Virus record (IMG/VR): IMGVR_UViG_3300049728_000011
Coordinates: 1 to 47,420 of that record
DNA from: a virus
Strand: one strand, 5' to 3'
Length of the DNA: 47,420 nucleotides
Shown here: in pieces, positions 7,637 through 16,048 of the stretch
How positions within the stretch are numbered: the first letter of the stretch is position 1
Layout: the number at the start of each line of letters is the position of its first letter
Made by a program: the position numbers and the translations under genes
The notes under the pieces: generated by a model
The model's database searches: none
What the model saw: only the letters and a program-made list of their open reading frames with translations
Told to the model about the DNA's origin: nothing

Positions 7637-8140
7637 ATGTTTCAAAATCAAGTGTACATCCAGCCAGCGCAAGCCGTACCGGGCGATTTCGCGTCTAGCA
7701 ACCCGATGATTTACAAACTGTCTGGCACTGGCCGCATGGTGGCAGATAGCTCGGGCGTGACCGTCGGACGTTTTGCGGCGCTGAACTCCACCGGTACCGT
7801 GACCAGCATCTTCTCGTCGGCACCCGACGCGTCGCGTATCGGCTTTGTGCATCGTGAGTTCAACGCACAGATTACGACCTTCTTGGCTGAAGCAGGTTAC
7901 ACCATCCAACCAGGCGAACCTGTCGCACTGTTCGGCAAGGGCGACTTCTGGACCAATACCGACGTGATTAACGGTACGCCAGTGCGCGGCGCTCAGGTAT
8001 GGTGGGACATGACGACCGGTAATACCATTTTCGGCGCACCAAGTTCGCCACCTGCGACAACTGTCAACACTGGCTACATTCTGATTTCAGAATCGGCCAC
8101 CGTTGGCGCAGTGGTAGTTATCAGCAACACCGGCGCGTAA
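7637..8140 (+). CDS. Capsid accessory (cement/decoration-like) protein
   Basis: 167 aa with a strong AAGGAG ribosome-binding sequence. It lies between the scaffold and the major capsid gene. Confidence 0.65.
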   Translation: MFQNQVYIQPAQAVPGDFASSNPMIYKLSGTGRMVADSSGVTVGRFAALNSTGTVTSIFSSAPDASRIGFVHREFNAQITTFLAEAGYTIQPGEPVALFGKGDFWTNTDVINGTPVRGAQVWWDMTTGNTIFGAPSSPPATTVNTGYILISESATVGAVVVISNTGA

Positions 8141-8177
8141 GCCTCGGCCACATAACGCAATCTTAGGAGATTATCAA

Positions 8178-9188
8178 ATGCGTGACTCGCAACTTATTGC
8201 ACAAATGGCCCGCGCTGGCGTCGTGCTCCCTTCCACTGTGCAGAACATCAGCACCCCGGTAGGCGAGTACGCGCTGGATGCGGCGAGCTTAACTCCGACG
8301 CTGGTTGGTACCCAGAATGCCGGTATCCCTTCGTACCTGACGACTTATGTCGATCCGAAGGTTATCAAAACAATCGTCGCACCAATGGCGGCAGCTACGC
8401 TGGTGGGCGAATCGAAGAAGGGCGACTGGACTACGCTGGTTGCCGCCTTCATTCAAGCCGAGCCTTTGACCGAAGTCGCCACTTACGGCGATTATTCGGC
8501 AGATGGTTCTAGCAACACTAACATTAACTACCCGCAACGCCAGTCCTACTTCTTCCAGACGTGGACACGTTGGGGTGAGCGCGAGTTGGAAATGGCAGGT
8601 GCCGGACGTGTTGATCTGGCTTCGCAACTGAACCTTTCCTCCGCGTTGGGGTTGGCTAAGTTCCTGAACAACTCGTATCTGTACGGCATTTCGGGCTTGC
8701 AAAACTACGGGCTGACTAACGATCCGCGCCTGTCGGCACCTGTTACCGCTTCGGCAAACTGGGCGACTGCCACTCCTGATGCGATTTACAATTCCATCAT
8801 TACGGACTTGTGGAAGCCAATGCAAACGCAATCGCAAGGTGTTATCCGTCAAACCGATGAACTGCGTTTGGGCCTGCCACCTAGTGCTGTCGCGGATATC
8901 AATCGTGTCAACTCCTATGGTCTCGCAGCGGCAAAGCTGCTCAAAGATGCGTGGCCTAAACTGGAGCTGGTTGAAGTGCCGGAATACGACACCGCATCCG
9001 GCCGACTGTTGCAGTTGTGGGCAGTCAAGGTTGAAGGTCAAGAAGTTGCAACTTGCGCTTTCACCGAGAAGATGCGCGCTCACGCTGTCGAGCGTTACTC
9101 TTCGTACTTCCGTCAAAAGAAGTCGGCAGGCACTTGGGGCGCTGTGGTCTTCCGTCCGTTCGCAGTTACGCAAGGTATTGGTTACTGA
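8178..9188 (+). CDS. Major capsid protein
   Basis: 336 aa with an AGGAG ribosome-binding sequence, followed by a strong intrinsic terminator. Position and size fit a major capsid protein. Confidence 0.85.
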   Translation: MRDSQLIAQMARAGVVLPSTVQNISTPVGEYALDAASLTPTLVGTQNAGIPSYLTTYVDPKVIKTIVAPMAAATLVGESKKGDWTTLVAAFIQAEPLTEVATYGDYSADGSSNTNINYPQRQSYFFQTWTRWGERELEMAGAGRVDLASQLNLSSALGLAKFLNNSYLYGISGLQNYGLTNDPRLSAPVTASANWATATPDAIYNSIITDLWKPMQTQSQGVIRQTDELRLGLPPSAVADINRVNSYGLAAAKLLKDAWPKLELVEVPEYDTASGRLLQLWAVKVEGQEVATCAFTEKMRAHAVERYSSYFRQKKSAGTWGAVVFRPFAVTQGIGY

Positions 9189-9231
9189 TCGTATTGCAGA
9201 CTTGCCCAGATGAGCGGGCATGTTCTCCGCG

Positions 9232-9258
9232 AAAGCCCGGTTCGCCGGGCTTTTGTTT
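9232..9258 (+). terminator. Intrinsic terminator after the major capsid gene
   Basis: AAAGCCCGG-TTCG-CCGGGCTTT hairpin followed by TTTTGTTT. Confidence 0.75.
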
Positions 9259-9284
9259 ACCTTACGTTCGCTTTAGCTTAGAAT
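9256..9284 (+). promoter_or_regulatory. Promoter candidate TTTACC-17-TAGAAT after the capsid terminator
   Basis: The hexamers are at 9256-9261 and 9279-9284. Confidence 0.4.
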
Positions 9285-9341
9285 GAGGATTCGCGCTCTG
9301 TGCGAGCCGACCCGTTAGCCTATCCACCACCGGAGCAAACC

Positions 9342-9605
9342 ATGACTGACCAAACGAACGAACAAGCAGTTGTCGAGCAAACCCCAAACGCGTCCAGCGA
9401 TGCCTCCAGTGCCGTTGTGACATCAGCCGAACCTTCTTCAGTGGCTACTGCCTCCGATGCATCAAACTCCGCGCCCGTTACGGGCACCGTAGCTGACACT
9501 GCAACTACTGACGAAGCCGACGTGCCTGAAAGCGAATCGTTGCTTGAAAGTATTGAGCATGTCGTGGAAGAAGGCATTGAGGCACTTAAGAAACTTGTCG
9601 AGTAA
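9342..9605 (+). CDS. Acidic Ser/Ala/Thr-rich hypothetical protein
   Basis: ATG 9342 has CGGAG 6 nt upstream. The track starts at a GTG at 9300. Confidence 0.55.
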   Translation: MTDQTNEQAVVEQTPNASSDASSAVVTSAEPSSVATASDASNSAPVTGTVADTATTDEADVPESESLLESIEHVVEEGIEALKKLVE

Positions 9606-9643
9606 TATCGACCAAGCCGAGCAACTAACAAGGAGTTACATTT

Positions 9644-10000
9644 ATGGCGACTAAGTCCAAATCAAGCGGTTTCGTTACCGTCGCATGCAAGCTGCCACAA
9701 GGCTTGAACATCAGCGTGCCAGATACTGATATCAAGCTTAAACTGCATGGCACACATTCCCCTTATGCTGTCGCAGGCCACGGTTTGACTGAAGTCAAAG
9801 CGGACGTATGGGACGCAGTGGAAGCGCATTATAAAGATGTACCCGGCGCTAAATGGCTCGGTTCATCCGTGTTTGTATCTTCTAAGCGTGAAGATGCGGT
9901 AGACGAGGCGACCGAGAAAGCCGACGAGAATTACGGGTTTGACCCTATCGACCCTACTGTCCCCGGTTCAGTAAATAAGGGCATCGCAGTTGCGGATTAA
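9644..10000 (+). CDS. Hypothetical virion-module protein
   Basis: 118-aa ORF with an AAGGAG ribosome-binding sequence, in the head-neck gene run. Confidence 0.7.
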   Translation: MATKSKSSGFVTVACKLPQGLNISVPDTDIKLKLHGTHSPYAVAGHGLTEVKADVWDAVEAHYKDVPGAKWLGSSVFVSSKREDAVDEATEKADENYGFDPIDPTVPGSVNKGIAVAD

Positions 10001-10035
10001 TCCGGTAACATAGAGCTTTACGAAAGGGGTTCATC

Positions 10036-10515
10036 ATGGCGGTTATCGTTTTCAGTCCGACGGATTTTGTAGCTTGCTACCCGGAATTTGCAAACGCGAC
10101 CGATACGCGATTGACTGATATTTTTAACTTGGTGCAGTACACCATGATTGACAATACAGACAATTCGCCAGTGATGGACCCCAACTTTCGCACGCAGTTG
10201 ATCTATATGGCAATGGGCCATTTGCTGTTGATCTACGGCCTCGCGCCTGCGCAGCGCAGCGACGGCACGATAGACAACACGCCACCGGGGCGCATTTCCA
10301 GCGCGACTGAAGGCACGATCACTACAGCATTCCAGATGGAAGTCACCAACGCGAACGGTAGCGCGGCGTGGTGGAATCAAACCAAGTATGGCGCAATGTA
10401 CTGGATGGCAACGGCGCGCTTCCGCTCTTTCCGGTATTTCCCGTCCGGCGTGTCTGGCATTGGGCAAGCCGTGGCGTATGGACAACCTCCATTCTTTGTG
10501 CCGGGTGGTGTATGA
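10036..10515 (+). CDS. Head-tail adaptor candidate (DUF4054-like)
   Basis: The N-terminal FSPTDFVACYPEFAN pattern recalls DUF4054 (from memory). It sits in the neck gene position. Confidence 0.7.
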   Translation: MAVIVFSPTDFVACYPEFANATDTRLTDIFNLVQYTMIDNTDNSPVMDPNFRTQLIYMAMGHLLLIYGLAPAQRSDGTIDNTPPGRISSATEGTITTAFQMEVTNANGSAAWWNQTKYGAMYWMATARFRSFRYFPSGVSGIGQAVAYGQPPFFVPGGV

Positions 10516-10982
10516 GTGTCACGCGTCGGGGGCTAGATCATTCCCGCTTTCGCAAATACACAGCGGTATCTGTGAAAGCAGGTGTGTTGGAAAGTGCGAC
10601 CTACCCCGCCGATACGTTGACCAACGCCGCGACCGGTGAACAAGTACCCGACCCGCGAGCAGGTATGAAAGTTGCTACTATTGCACGTGCATTGCATTAT
10701 GGTGTTGGGCAAAATCATCCCCGGCCGTTTCTGGCGCAGGCGGTTATACAGCATAAAAAAGAATGGGTGACTGGGTTTGTCAAGCTAGCAGTCGCAGGCG
10801 TTACGCCGCTAAACGCTGCGCAGCAAATCGGGCAAGTCATGAAAGAAGATATTCAGCAGTCTATTCAGCAATGGCCTGCGGACAACTCGGCATCATGGGC
10901 AAAGTTCAAAGGATTTTCACACGGCTTAGTGTTGACGGGCCACCTGACGAATTCGATTGAGTTCGAGGCGAACAAAAAATGA
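10512..10982 (+). CDS. HK97 gp10-like neck/tail-completion protein
   Basis: ATG 10512 overlaps the previous stop as ATGA. The ARALHYGVGQNHPRPFLAQAV motif is typical of gp10-family proteins. The track start at 10368 is an upstream extension. Confidence 0.7.
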   Translation: MSVTRRGLDHSRFRKYTAVSVKAGVLESATYPADTLTNAATGEQVPDPRAGMKVATIARALHYGVGQNHPRPFLAQAVIQHKKEWVTGFVKLAVAGVTPLNAAQQIGQVMKEDIQQSIQQWPADNSASWAKFKGFSHGLVLTGHLTNSIEFEANKK

Positions 10983-11398
10983 CGTTCAACATTCGAAGCG
11001 CTGTGCGTGGCGCAGTGCAACAACTCAACGAAGACACCCCCGGCACAGTCTATGTGTCTACCGGGCGCACCAACACGGGCGGTATTCTTACGCCGACTTA
11101 TGCAAGCGTTGCTGCCTATTTGCAAGTACAAGCACAGGATCACGATTCGATTCAGCACAATCGCGGACTCGAATATAGCGGTTCGTACTATACCGTCTAC
11201 GCGTATGGCGACTTCTCGGAGATCGAGCGACCGGACGGTAAGGGCGGCGACGTGGTGAACATGAACAACAGGTACTATTACATTTCGCAGGTCTTTGAAT
11301 GGTGGCCCGATTGGTGCTCGTTTGAAGTGACGCGCCAACTAAACGCGACCGATCTCGCCGCGCTCTTAACCGCGTTGCGCAATGGAGCAAACCCATGA
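10979..11398 (+). CDS. Hypothetical neck/tail protein
   Basis: 139-aa ORF, translationally coupled on both sides by ATGA overlaps. Confidence 0.7.
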   Translation: MTFNIRSAVRGAVQQLNEDTPGTVYVSTGRTNTGGILTPTYASVAAYLQVQAQDHDSIQHNRGLEYSGSYYTVYAYGDFSEIERPDGKGGDVVNMNNRYYYISQVFEWWPDWCSFEVTRQLNATDLAALLTALRNGANP

Positions 11399-11934
11399 GT
11401 ACAGTCACTTTATCCCCTAGCGAAGATCAAGTGTTTGCTGCCGTGTATGCGGCAATTGTTCAACTGTTTGACACGTCTATTCAGCCCAACATCTTCAAGG
11501 GCTTCCAGAACATGACTTCGACCCCGCTTGCGTCCTACGTCGTCATATCGCCGAGCACGAAGGAACGGCAGAACCAAGGTGCGCGCAGCTATGACGCGAC
11601 GAACGGGTTTCTGAATGAAGAGCGCAGCACGACCTATTCTTACCAGATAGATTGCTACGGCCCGGCAGGCCCCGATTACGCAGATATTATCTCTATCGCT
11701 TGGCGCTCGGCATGGCTGGCGAACTATGCAGAAGACAACGCGCTACCGTTTCAAGTGTTGTATGCCGACGAACCGCAGCAATTAAACATTGCTAATGCGG
11801 AAAACCAGTACGAACAGCGGTTCATGCTGAAAATATATTTGCAAGTGAATCAGGTCGTGTCATTACCGCAACAGTTCTTTGCGACCGCTCCGACGACAAC
11901 TGTTGAAGTTCCTGCTGACGCTGACCCGTTATAG
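11395..11934 (+). CDS. Hypothetical neck / tail-terminator candidate
   Basis: 179-aa ORF coupled to the upstream gene. It is the last gene before the sheath-like gene. Confidence 0.65.
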   Translation: MSTVTLSPSEDQVFAAVYAAIVQLFDTSIQPNIFKGFQNMTSTPLASYVVISPSTKERQNQGARSYDATNGFLNEERSTTYSYQIDCYGPAGPDYADIISIAWRSAWLANYAEDNALPFQVLYADEPQQLNIANAENQYEQRFMLKIYLQVNQVVSLPQQFFATAPTTTVEVPADADPL

Positions 11935-11940
11935 ATTCGT

Positions 11941-11970
11941 TTGCACGGGGTCGTTGCAAGATGCTAGAAT
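11941..11970 (+). promoter_or_regulatory. Promoter candidate TTGCAC-18-TAGAAT upstream of the sheath-like gene
   Basis: The hexamers are at 11941-11946 and 11965-11970, in the 100-nt gap before 12035. Confidence 0.35.
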
Positions 11971-12034
11971 CGGTGCGTTGATAGGGCTTTTCTATCGTGT
12001 CAGCCCGCACGATCAATTTTAAGGACGCATCAGC

Positions 12035-13531
12035 ATGTCAACTATCCCAATTTCCCAGATTGTAACAATGCAACCGGGCGTTGTCAGTGGTGGCGGTGCG
12101 GCCTCCCTACTGACCGGCCTTGTATTGACGCAAGACGCTTCTGTACCACCCGGCCAGTTCCTTGATTTTTACGACGCTACTGACGTGTCAAACTGGTTCG
12201 GTGCAAGTTCCAACGCAGCAACGCTGGCCAACGCCTACTTCCCCGGCACGATCAACGGCGGCCAACTGCCTTATGATCTGAAGTTTGCTTTCTACGCGAC
12301 GGCTGCGCAACCCGCTGGCGTGTTTGGCGCGCAACTCGGCACCATGACGCTAGCACAGTTGCAAGCATTGAGTGGCACACTGATCGTGACCACTGCGGCC
12401 CTGCACACGTCGAGCTCGATTAACTTATCGAGTGCTACCAGCTTCGCTAACGCTGCGTCGATCATGACGGCGGCATTCACGTCACCAGATTTTGCCATCA
12501 CCTACGATGCGCAACGGGGGCGTTTTCTGCTGATGACGGCACTGACTGGCGCCACTGCTGCGTGCTCCCCCATCACTGGCACACTCGCAACTGGTGTGGG
12601 TTTGTCTGCAACCGCTGGCGCGTACAATCAAGCCGCAGGTATTGCAGCAGATACGTCGGAGGCGACCGCGCTCGATCGCATCATTAACCAGACAACCAAC
12701 TGGGCAACATTCACCACTGACTACGCTATAGCAACTGTAGCGGAGCGTATGTCAATTGCGCAATGGAATAGTGGACAAAACTATCAATACCTGTACGTAA
12801 GCTGGGACTTGGACGCAATCGACGCCCAAACCGGTAACACCAGCAATTTCGGGTACGAAGTGTTTGCACAGCCCTATCAAGGCACGCTACCCGTTTATGG
12901 CACCATCGGCGCTGCGGGTGCAGCAATGGCGTGGGCAGCGTCAATTAACTTCAACGTGTCAAACGGGCGCACCACGTTAGCATTCCAGCAATCTTCGGCG
13001 GGTGTGTCTGCTAGCGTGTCCGACTTGGCGACGGCTAACGCGTTGCTGTCGAACAACTATACGTACATCGGCAACTACGCTAACGCGGCAAACACTTGGA
13101 CGATTTTCTACAACGGCAAAGTGTCGGGTGAGTTCTTGTGGGCCGATACCTACGTCAATCAAATCTGGCTGAATCGTTCGCTGCAACAGGCGTTTTTTGA
13201 GGCGATGCTAGCCTACAACTCGTTACCGTACAATCAAGACGGTTACACCAATCTGTACCGCGCAGGCGTGGACGTGATTAACTCTGGCGTCACTGCGGGC
13301 GTGATTCGTGCAGGCGTTACTTTGTCGAACTCGCAGCAGCAGCTGATTAATACGCAAGCCGGGCGCACTATCTCGGACGTGGTGCAAACTCGTGGTTGGT
13401 ATCTGTTGATCGGCGATCCGTCCAATCCTGCGCAAAGTCGGCAGACTCGCACGACGCCAGTAGCACAGCTTTGGTACGCAGACGGTGGCAGTGTGCAGCA
13501 GCTAACTGTACAATCGCGTGCGGTGATTTAA
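12035..13531 (+). CDS. Tail sheath-like protein (DUF3383-like)
   Basis: The N-terminal IPISQIVTMQPGVVSGGG...FYDATDVSNWFG pattern matches my memory of DUF3383. It is 498 aa and has a tube-like gene downstream. Confidence 0.75.
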   Translation: MSTIPISQIVTMQPGVVSGGGAASLLTGLVLTQDASVPPGQFLDFYDATDVSNWFGASSNAATLANAYFPGTINGGQLPYDLKFAFYATAAQPAGVFGAQLGTMTLAQLQALSGTLIVTTAALHTSSSINLSSATSFANAASIMTAAFTSPDFAITYDAQRGRFLLMTALTGATAACSPITGTLATGVGLSATAGAYNQAAGIAADTSEATALDRIINQTTNWATFTTDYAIATVAERMSIAQWNSGQNYQYLYVSWDLDAIDAQTGNTSNFGYEVFAQPYQGTLPVYGTIGAAGAAMAWAASINFNVSNGRTTLAFQQSSAGVSASVSDLATANALLSNNYTYIGNYANAANTWTIFYNGKVSGEFLWADTYVNQIWLNRSLQQAFFEAMLAYNSLPYNQDGYTNLYRAGVDVINSGVTAGVIRAGVTLSNSQQQLINTQAGRTISDVVQTRGWYLLIGDPSNPAQSRQTRTTPVAQLWYADGGSVQQLTVQSRAVI

Positions 13532-14223
13532 TGAAAGATTGCCGACGCTGCGGCGTTTCAAAAACTCTTGCCGAATTTCCTGCATTAAACAAAGGGAAAG
13601 ATGGTAAGGGTTTGTATTGTCGCGCTTGCGAGCAGCAGCGTTCTGCCGCGTACCGCACAAAACACGCAGACCGAATCGAAGCGACACGCAAAGCGTCACT
13701 AGCAAAAACACGTGATACCCGCAACGCGGCGCGTCGTGCGAAACGCGCAGCAAATCCCGAGGCGACTCGTGCGCAACGCAAGCTAGATTACGCTAAGTAC
13801 AAAGACCGTGAACTTACTTCAATGCGCAAATGGAAAATTGCAAATCTATCTCAAATGCGCGAGCAACGAAACGCCAAATATTGGGCTGATCCCGATGCTG
13901 CGCGTCGTTTGCAAAATACGTACCGCAAACAAAATGTGGCGAAAGCGCGCTTATGGCGGATGAATCGTGTAGCCGCTACACTGCGGGCAACTCCCACATG
14001 GGTTGACGTGTCTGTAACGCGTCTTGCGTATGAAGCTGCGGACATGCTGATGCAGTTGCTGGGGGAGTGGTATGAGGTCGATCATATAGTGCCGTTACGG
14101 GGCGCTATCGGACGCGTACCTAGCGTTTGTGGTTTGCACGTTGCGAACAATTTGCAAGTTTTGCCGCGTTCGCTGAACCGCCGTAAGTCTAACCAACACT
14201 GGCCCGATATGCCAGTCATTTAA
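13531..14223 (+). CDS. HNH homing-type endonuclease with an N-terminal CxxC...CxxC ribbon
   Basis: Contains the EVDHIVPL...GLHVANNLQVLPRSLNRRKSN HNH motif. The start overlaps the sheath stop as TAATG. The track start at 13396 runs into the sheath gene. Confidence 0.88.
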   Translation: MKDCRRCGVSKTLAEFPALNKGKDGKGLYCRACEQQRSAAYRTKHADRIEATRKASLAKTRDTRNAARRAKRAANPEATRAQRKLDYAKYKDRELTSMRKWKIANLSQMREQRNAKYWADPDAARRLQNTYRKQNVAKARLWRMNRVAATLRATPTWVDVSVTRLAYEAADMLMQLLGEWYEVDHIVPLRGAIGRVPSVCGLHVANNLQVLPRSLNRRKSNQHWPDMPVI

Positions 14224-14240
14224 TTTAAGGAGTACATCAA

Positions 14241-14672
14241 ATGTCTGGAACCCTCACCGTCGCAAATTCCGTAATCTCCGCAACCGTCGAAGCTCTTTAC
14301 ACGTCTGCGACTCAACTCACTGGCTACTCGGCAGATGACGCGTTTGACTTCGACGCGGTAGAGAACGGCGAATACCAAATGGGCATCGATGGCACGCTGT
14401 CTGCGGGTTTCGTTTATAACGAGATTCCGTTCACAGTGACATTCAATGCCGATAGCCCCTCTGTTCAAATCTTCGAAAACATTTGGAGCTACGAACAGTC
14501 GAACCGTACCAAACTGGCGCACAACTGGACTATCACGTTGCCAAATTTGAGCCGCCGTTATGACCTCAAAAATGGCTTCATGAAAAGCTACAAAGCACCA
14601 AGCGGCAAGAAAGTATTGCAGCCTGCCGTGGTGCAGCTCGTGTTTGCCCGTATCGAACCTTCTTCGACTTAA
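14241..14672 (+). CDS. Tail tube protein candidate
   Basis: 143 aa with an AAGGAG ribosome-binding sequence, next to the sheath-like gene. Size and position are typical of a tube protein. Confidence 0.6.
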   Translation: MSGTLTVANSVISATVEALYTSATQLTGYSADDAFDFDAVENGEYQMGIDGTLSAGFVYNEIPFTVTFNADSPSVQIFENIWSYEQSNRTKLAHNWTITLPNLSRRYDLKNGFMKSYKAPSGKKVLQPAVVQLVFARIEPSST

Positions 14673-14684
14673 TGGGAGCGTAGC

Positions 14685-14900
14685 ATGCCACTCGTCAAAG
14701 GTGAAAGCGACAAGTCCCGTTCAGAGAACATCAAGCGGGAAATTGAAGCGGGGAAACCTGCAAAGCAAGCCGAAGCGATTGCGTACAGCGTGCAGCGCAA
14801 AGCGGGTGGCAAAGATCGTGCGTATGATGCCGAAGCGAGTTTTGCCGCGTTGCATAAGTACGCAGAAGACTGCATGAATTACGACAAACGCAAACGCTGA
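14685..14900 (+). CDS. Small basic hypothetical protein
   Basis: 71-aa ORF, the last gene of the block, followed by a bidirectional terminator. Confidence 0.6.
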   Translation: MPLVKGESDKSRSENIKREIEAGKPAKQAEAIAYSVQRKAGGKDRAYDAEASFAALHKYAEDCMNYDKRKR

Positions 14901-14960
14901 TATATTGCTAAAGCCAGTAACCTCGTCGCCGATACGTTACGCGTATTGCCGTCACGGTAG

Positions 14961-14994
14961 AAAGCCAGCCCAAACGGGCTGGCTTTTCTTTTCG
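14961..14994. terminator. Bidirectional intrinsic terminator between convergent blocks
   Basis: AAAGCCAGCCC-AAAC-GGGCTGGCTTT hairpin with TTTTCTTTT downstream and an AAA run upstream. Confidence 0.8.
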
Positions 14995-15017
14995 TGCATC
15001 GCGTTGTAGCGCGTAGA

Positions 15018-15671
15018 TCATGCCGGGTTCACAGTAGCCCAGTATTCCAGTGCCGCGCTATGCAATGCGCGCTGTGCGTCGTCAAACCCAACTGGCGAAG
15101 ATGTTAGCTCAACTAATGCTCCCGCTGCCGCGTAGGCTGCCATGCCGTGCGCCTGAATGAATGCGCGGCATTGATCCAGGTGCTTTGCGGCGTCGACTAC
15201 ACCCAATTTAGCGGCCAGCTGCGCAATCCACGCCTTCGCTTTGTCGGTTAGCGTTTCGGTTGGCACTGCGTTAAGCTCAACTGGTAGCGTGGACACGACT
15301 TCGGTTAGCGTTTCGACTGGTGTTGCGTTAAGCTCGACTGGCGGCGCGGACACGACTTCGGGTACGACGGTTTCGGCTGGCACGGGCGGCGTAAACGGCC
15401 ATTCCGCAGGCGGGGTTGCTGCTTTCTCCGCTTCGATTTCGGCTTTCGTGCGGCGCTTGCGCTTAGCACCTTCTGGTGCGGTAGTTGCTGTTTCGCTCGG
15501 TTCTGCTGACGGGGCGACCTGTTGTGTCACCTCACCGTCGCAACCGGCAAAAAACTCCCCCGGCGGCGTAGGGCCGGACAACAATTGCTGCAACGCGTAC
15601 TTAGGCTGTTTAAACCGTGCCCAGTCTAAAAACGCGTCGAGTTCGTCCAGCGTGTCAAATGATAGGTGCAT
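15018..15671 (-). CDS. Hypothetical protein containing a 19-aa tandem repeat
   Basis: 217-aa ORF and the last gene of the replication block. It contains 57-nt tandem repeats at 15244-15357. Confidence 0.7.
   Translation of the reverse strand: MHLSFDTLDELDAFLDWARFKQPKYALQQLLSGPTPPGEFFAGCDGEVTQQVAPSAEPSETATTAPEGAKRKRRTKAEIEAEKAATPPAEWPFTPPVPAETVVPEVVSAPPVELNATPVETLTEVVSTLPVELNAVPTETLTDKAKAWIAQLAAKLGVVDAAKHLDQCRAFIQAHGMAAYAAAGALVELTSSPVGFDDAQRALHSAALEYWATVNPA
15244..15357. repeat. Two tandem 57-nt units (plus a partial third) inside CDS 15018-15671
   Basis: Units 15244-15300 and 15301-15357 differ at a few positions. They encode VVS(A/T)(P/L)PVELNA(T/V)P(V/T)ETLT(E/D). Confidence 0.85.
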
Positions 15672-15698
15672 GTGTATTTCTCCTGTGTGGTTGTGTTG

Positions 15699-15980
15699 TT
15701 ACGCCGCTGCTGCGCGTTCTTTTGCGGCTTGCACTGCGCGCAGCTCGCGCTGAGTTTCAAGCAACGCCCAGCGCACGCCAAGCGCCGCCTCGTTCGCTTT
15801 GATGTGCGCGCCAGCGGCTTGCAAGCGTTCGATAGAAATTGAGTTCGTGTTGCGCATGGTGTAAATAGCGCGTATGGACGTGTTGAACAATGTGGCCGAC
15901 TCTTTGATACCGATAACATCGGTCAATTCGCGCACGTTGAGTTTTTCCAACGGCTTGCTCAAAAAACATACTTTGGTCAT
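15699..15980 (-). CDS. Small helix-turn-helix DNA-binding protein candidate
   Basis: The segment LNVRELTDVIGIKESATLFNTSIRAIYTMR looks like an HTH. It has its own TTGACC-17-TACACT promoter. Confidence 0.6.
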   Translation of the reverse strand: MTKVCFLSKPLEKLNVRELTDVIGIKESATLFNTSIRAIYTMRNTNSISIERLQAAGAHIKANEAALGVRWALLETQRELRAVQAAKERAAAA

Positions 15981-16012
15981 GGTGTAATTCTCCTAAGTTT
16001 GACTATACGCAA

Positions 16013-16041
16013 AGTGTAGCTAAATTTCTGCGTACGGTCAA
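16013..16041 (-). promoter_or_regulatory. Promoter candidate TTGACC-17-TACACT upstream of the HTH gene
   Basis: On the minus strand the -35 is at 16036-16041 and the -10 at 16013-16018. Confidence 0.45.
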
Positions 16042-16048
16042 CTTAATG

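Noticed and set aside
8289-9221. Long antisense ORFs: 310 aa opposite the capsid gene, 42471-43073 and 43033-43869 opposite the tape measure gene, 15241-15753, and 22989-23555.
   Set aside because: They lie antisense to genes with clear family signatures, have Arg/Ser/Cys-rich compositions and lack ribosome-binding sequences. These are typical shadow ORFs of GC-rich coding DNA.
13396-13530. Upstream extension of the HNH ORF to 13396.
   Set aside because: It overlaps the sheath-like gene by 135 nt. The ATG at 13531, which forms a TAATG junction, begins the conserved CxxC ribbon.
15244-15357. The tandem repeats considered as a possible CRISPR or iteron array.
   Set aside because: There are only two and a half contiguous units with no spacers. 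They are in frame within a coding sequence and encode a peptide repeat.
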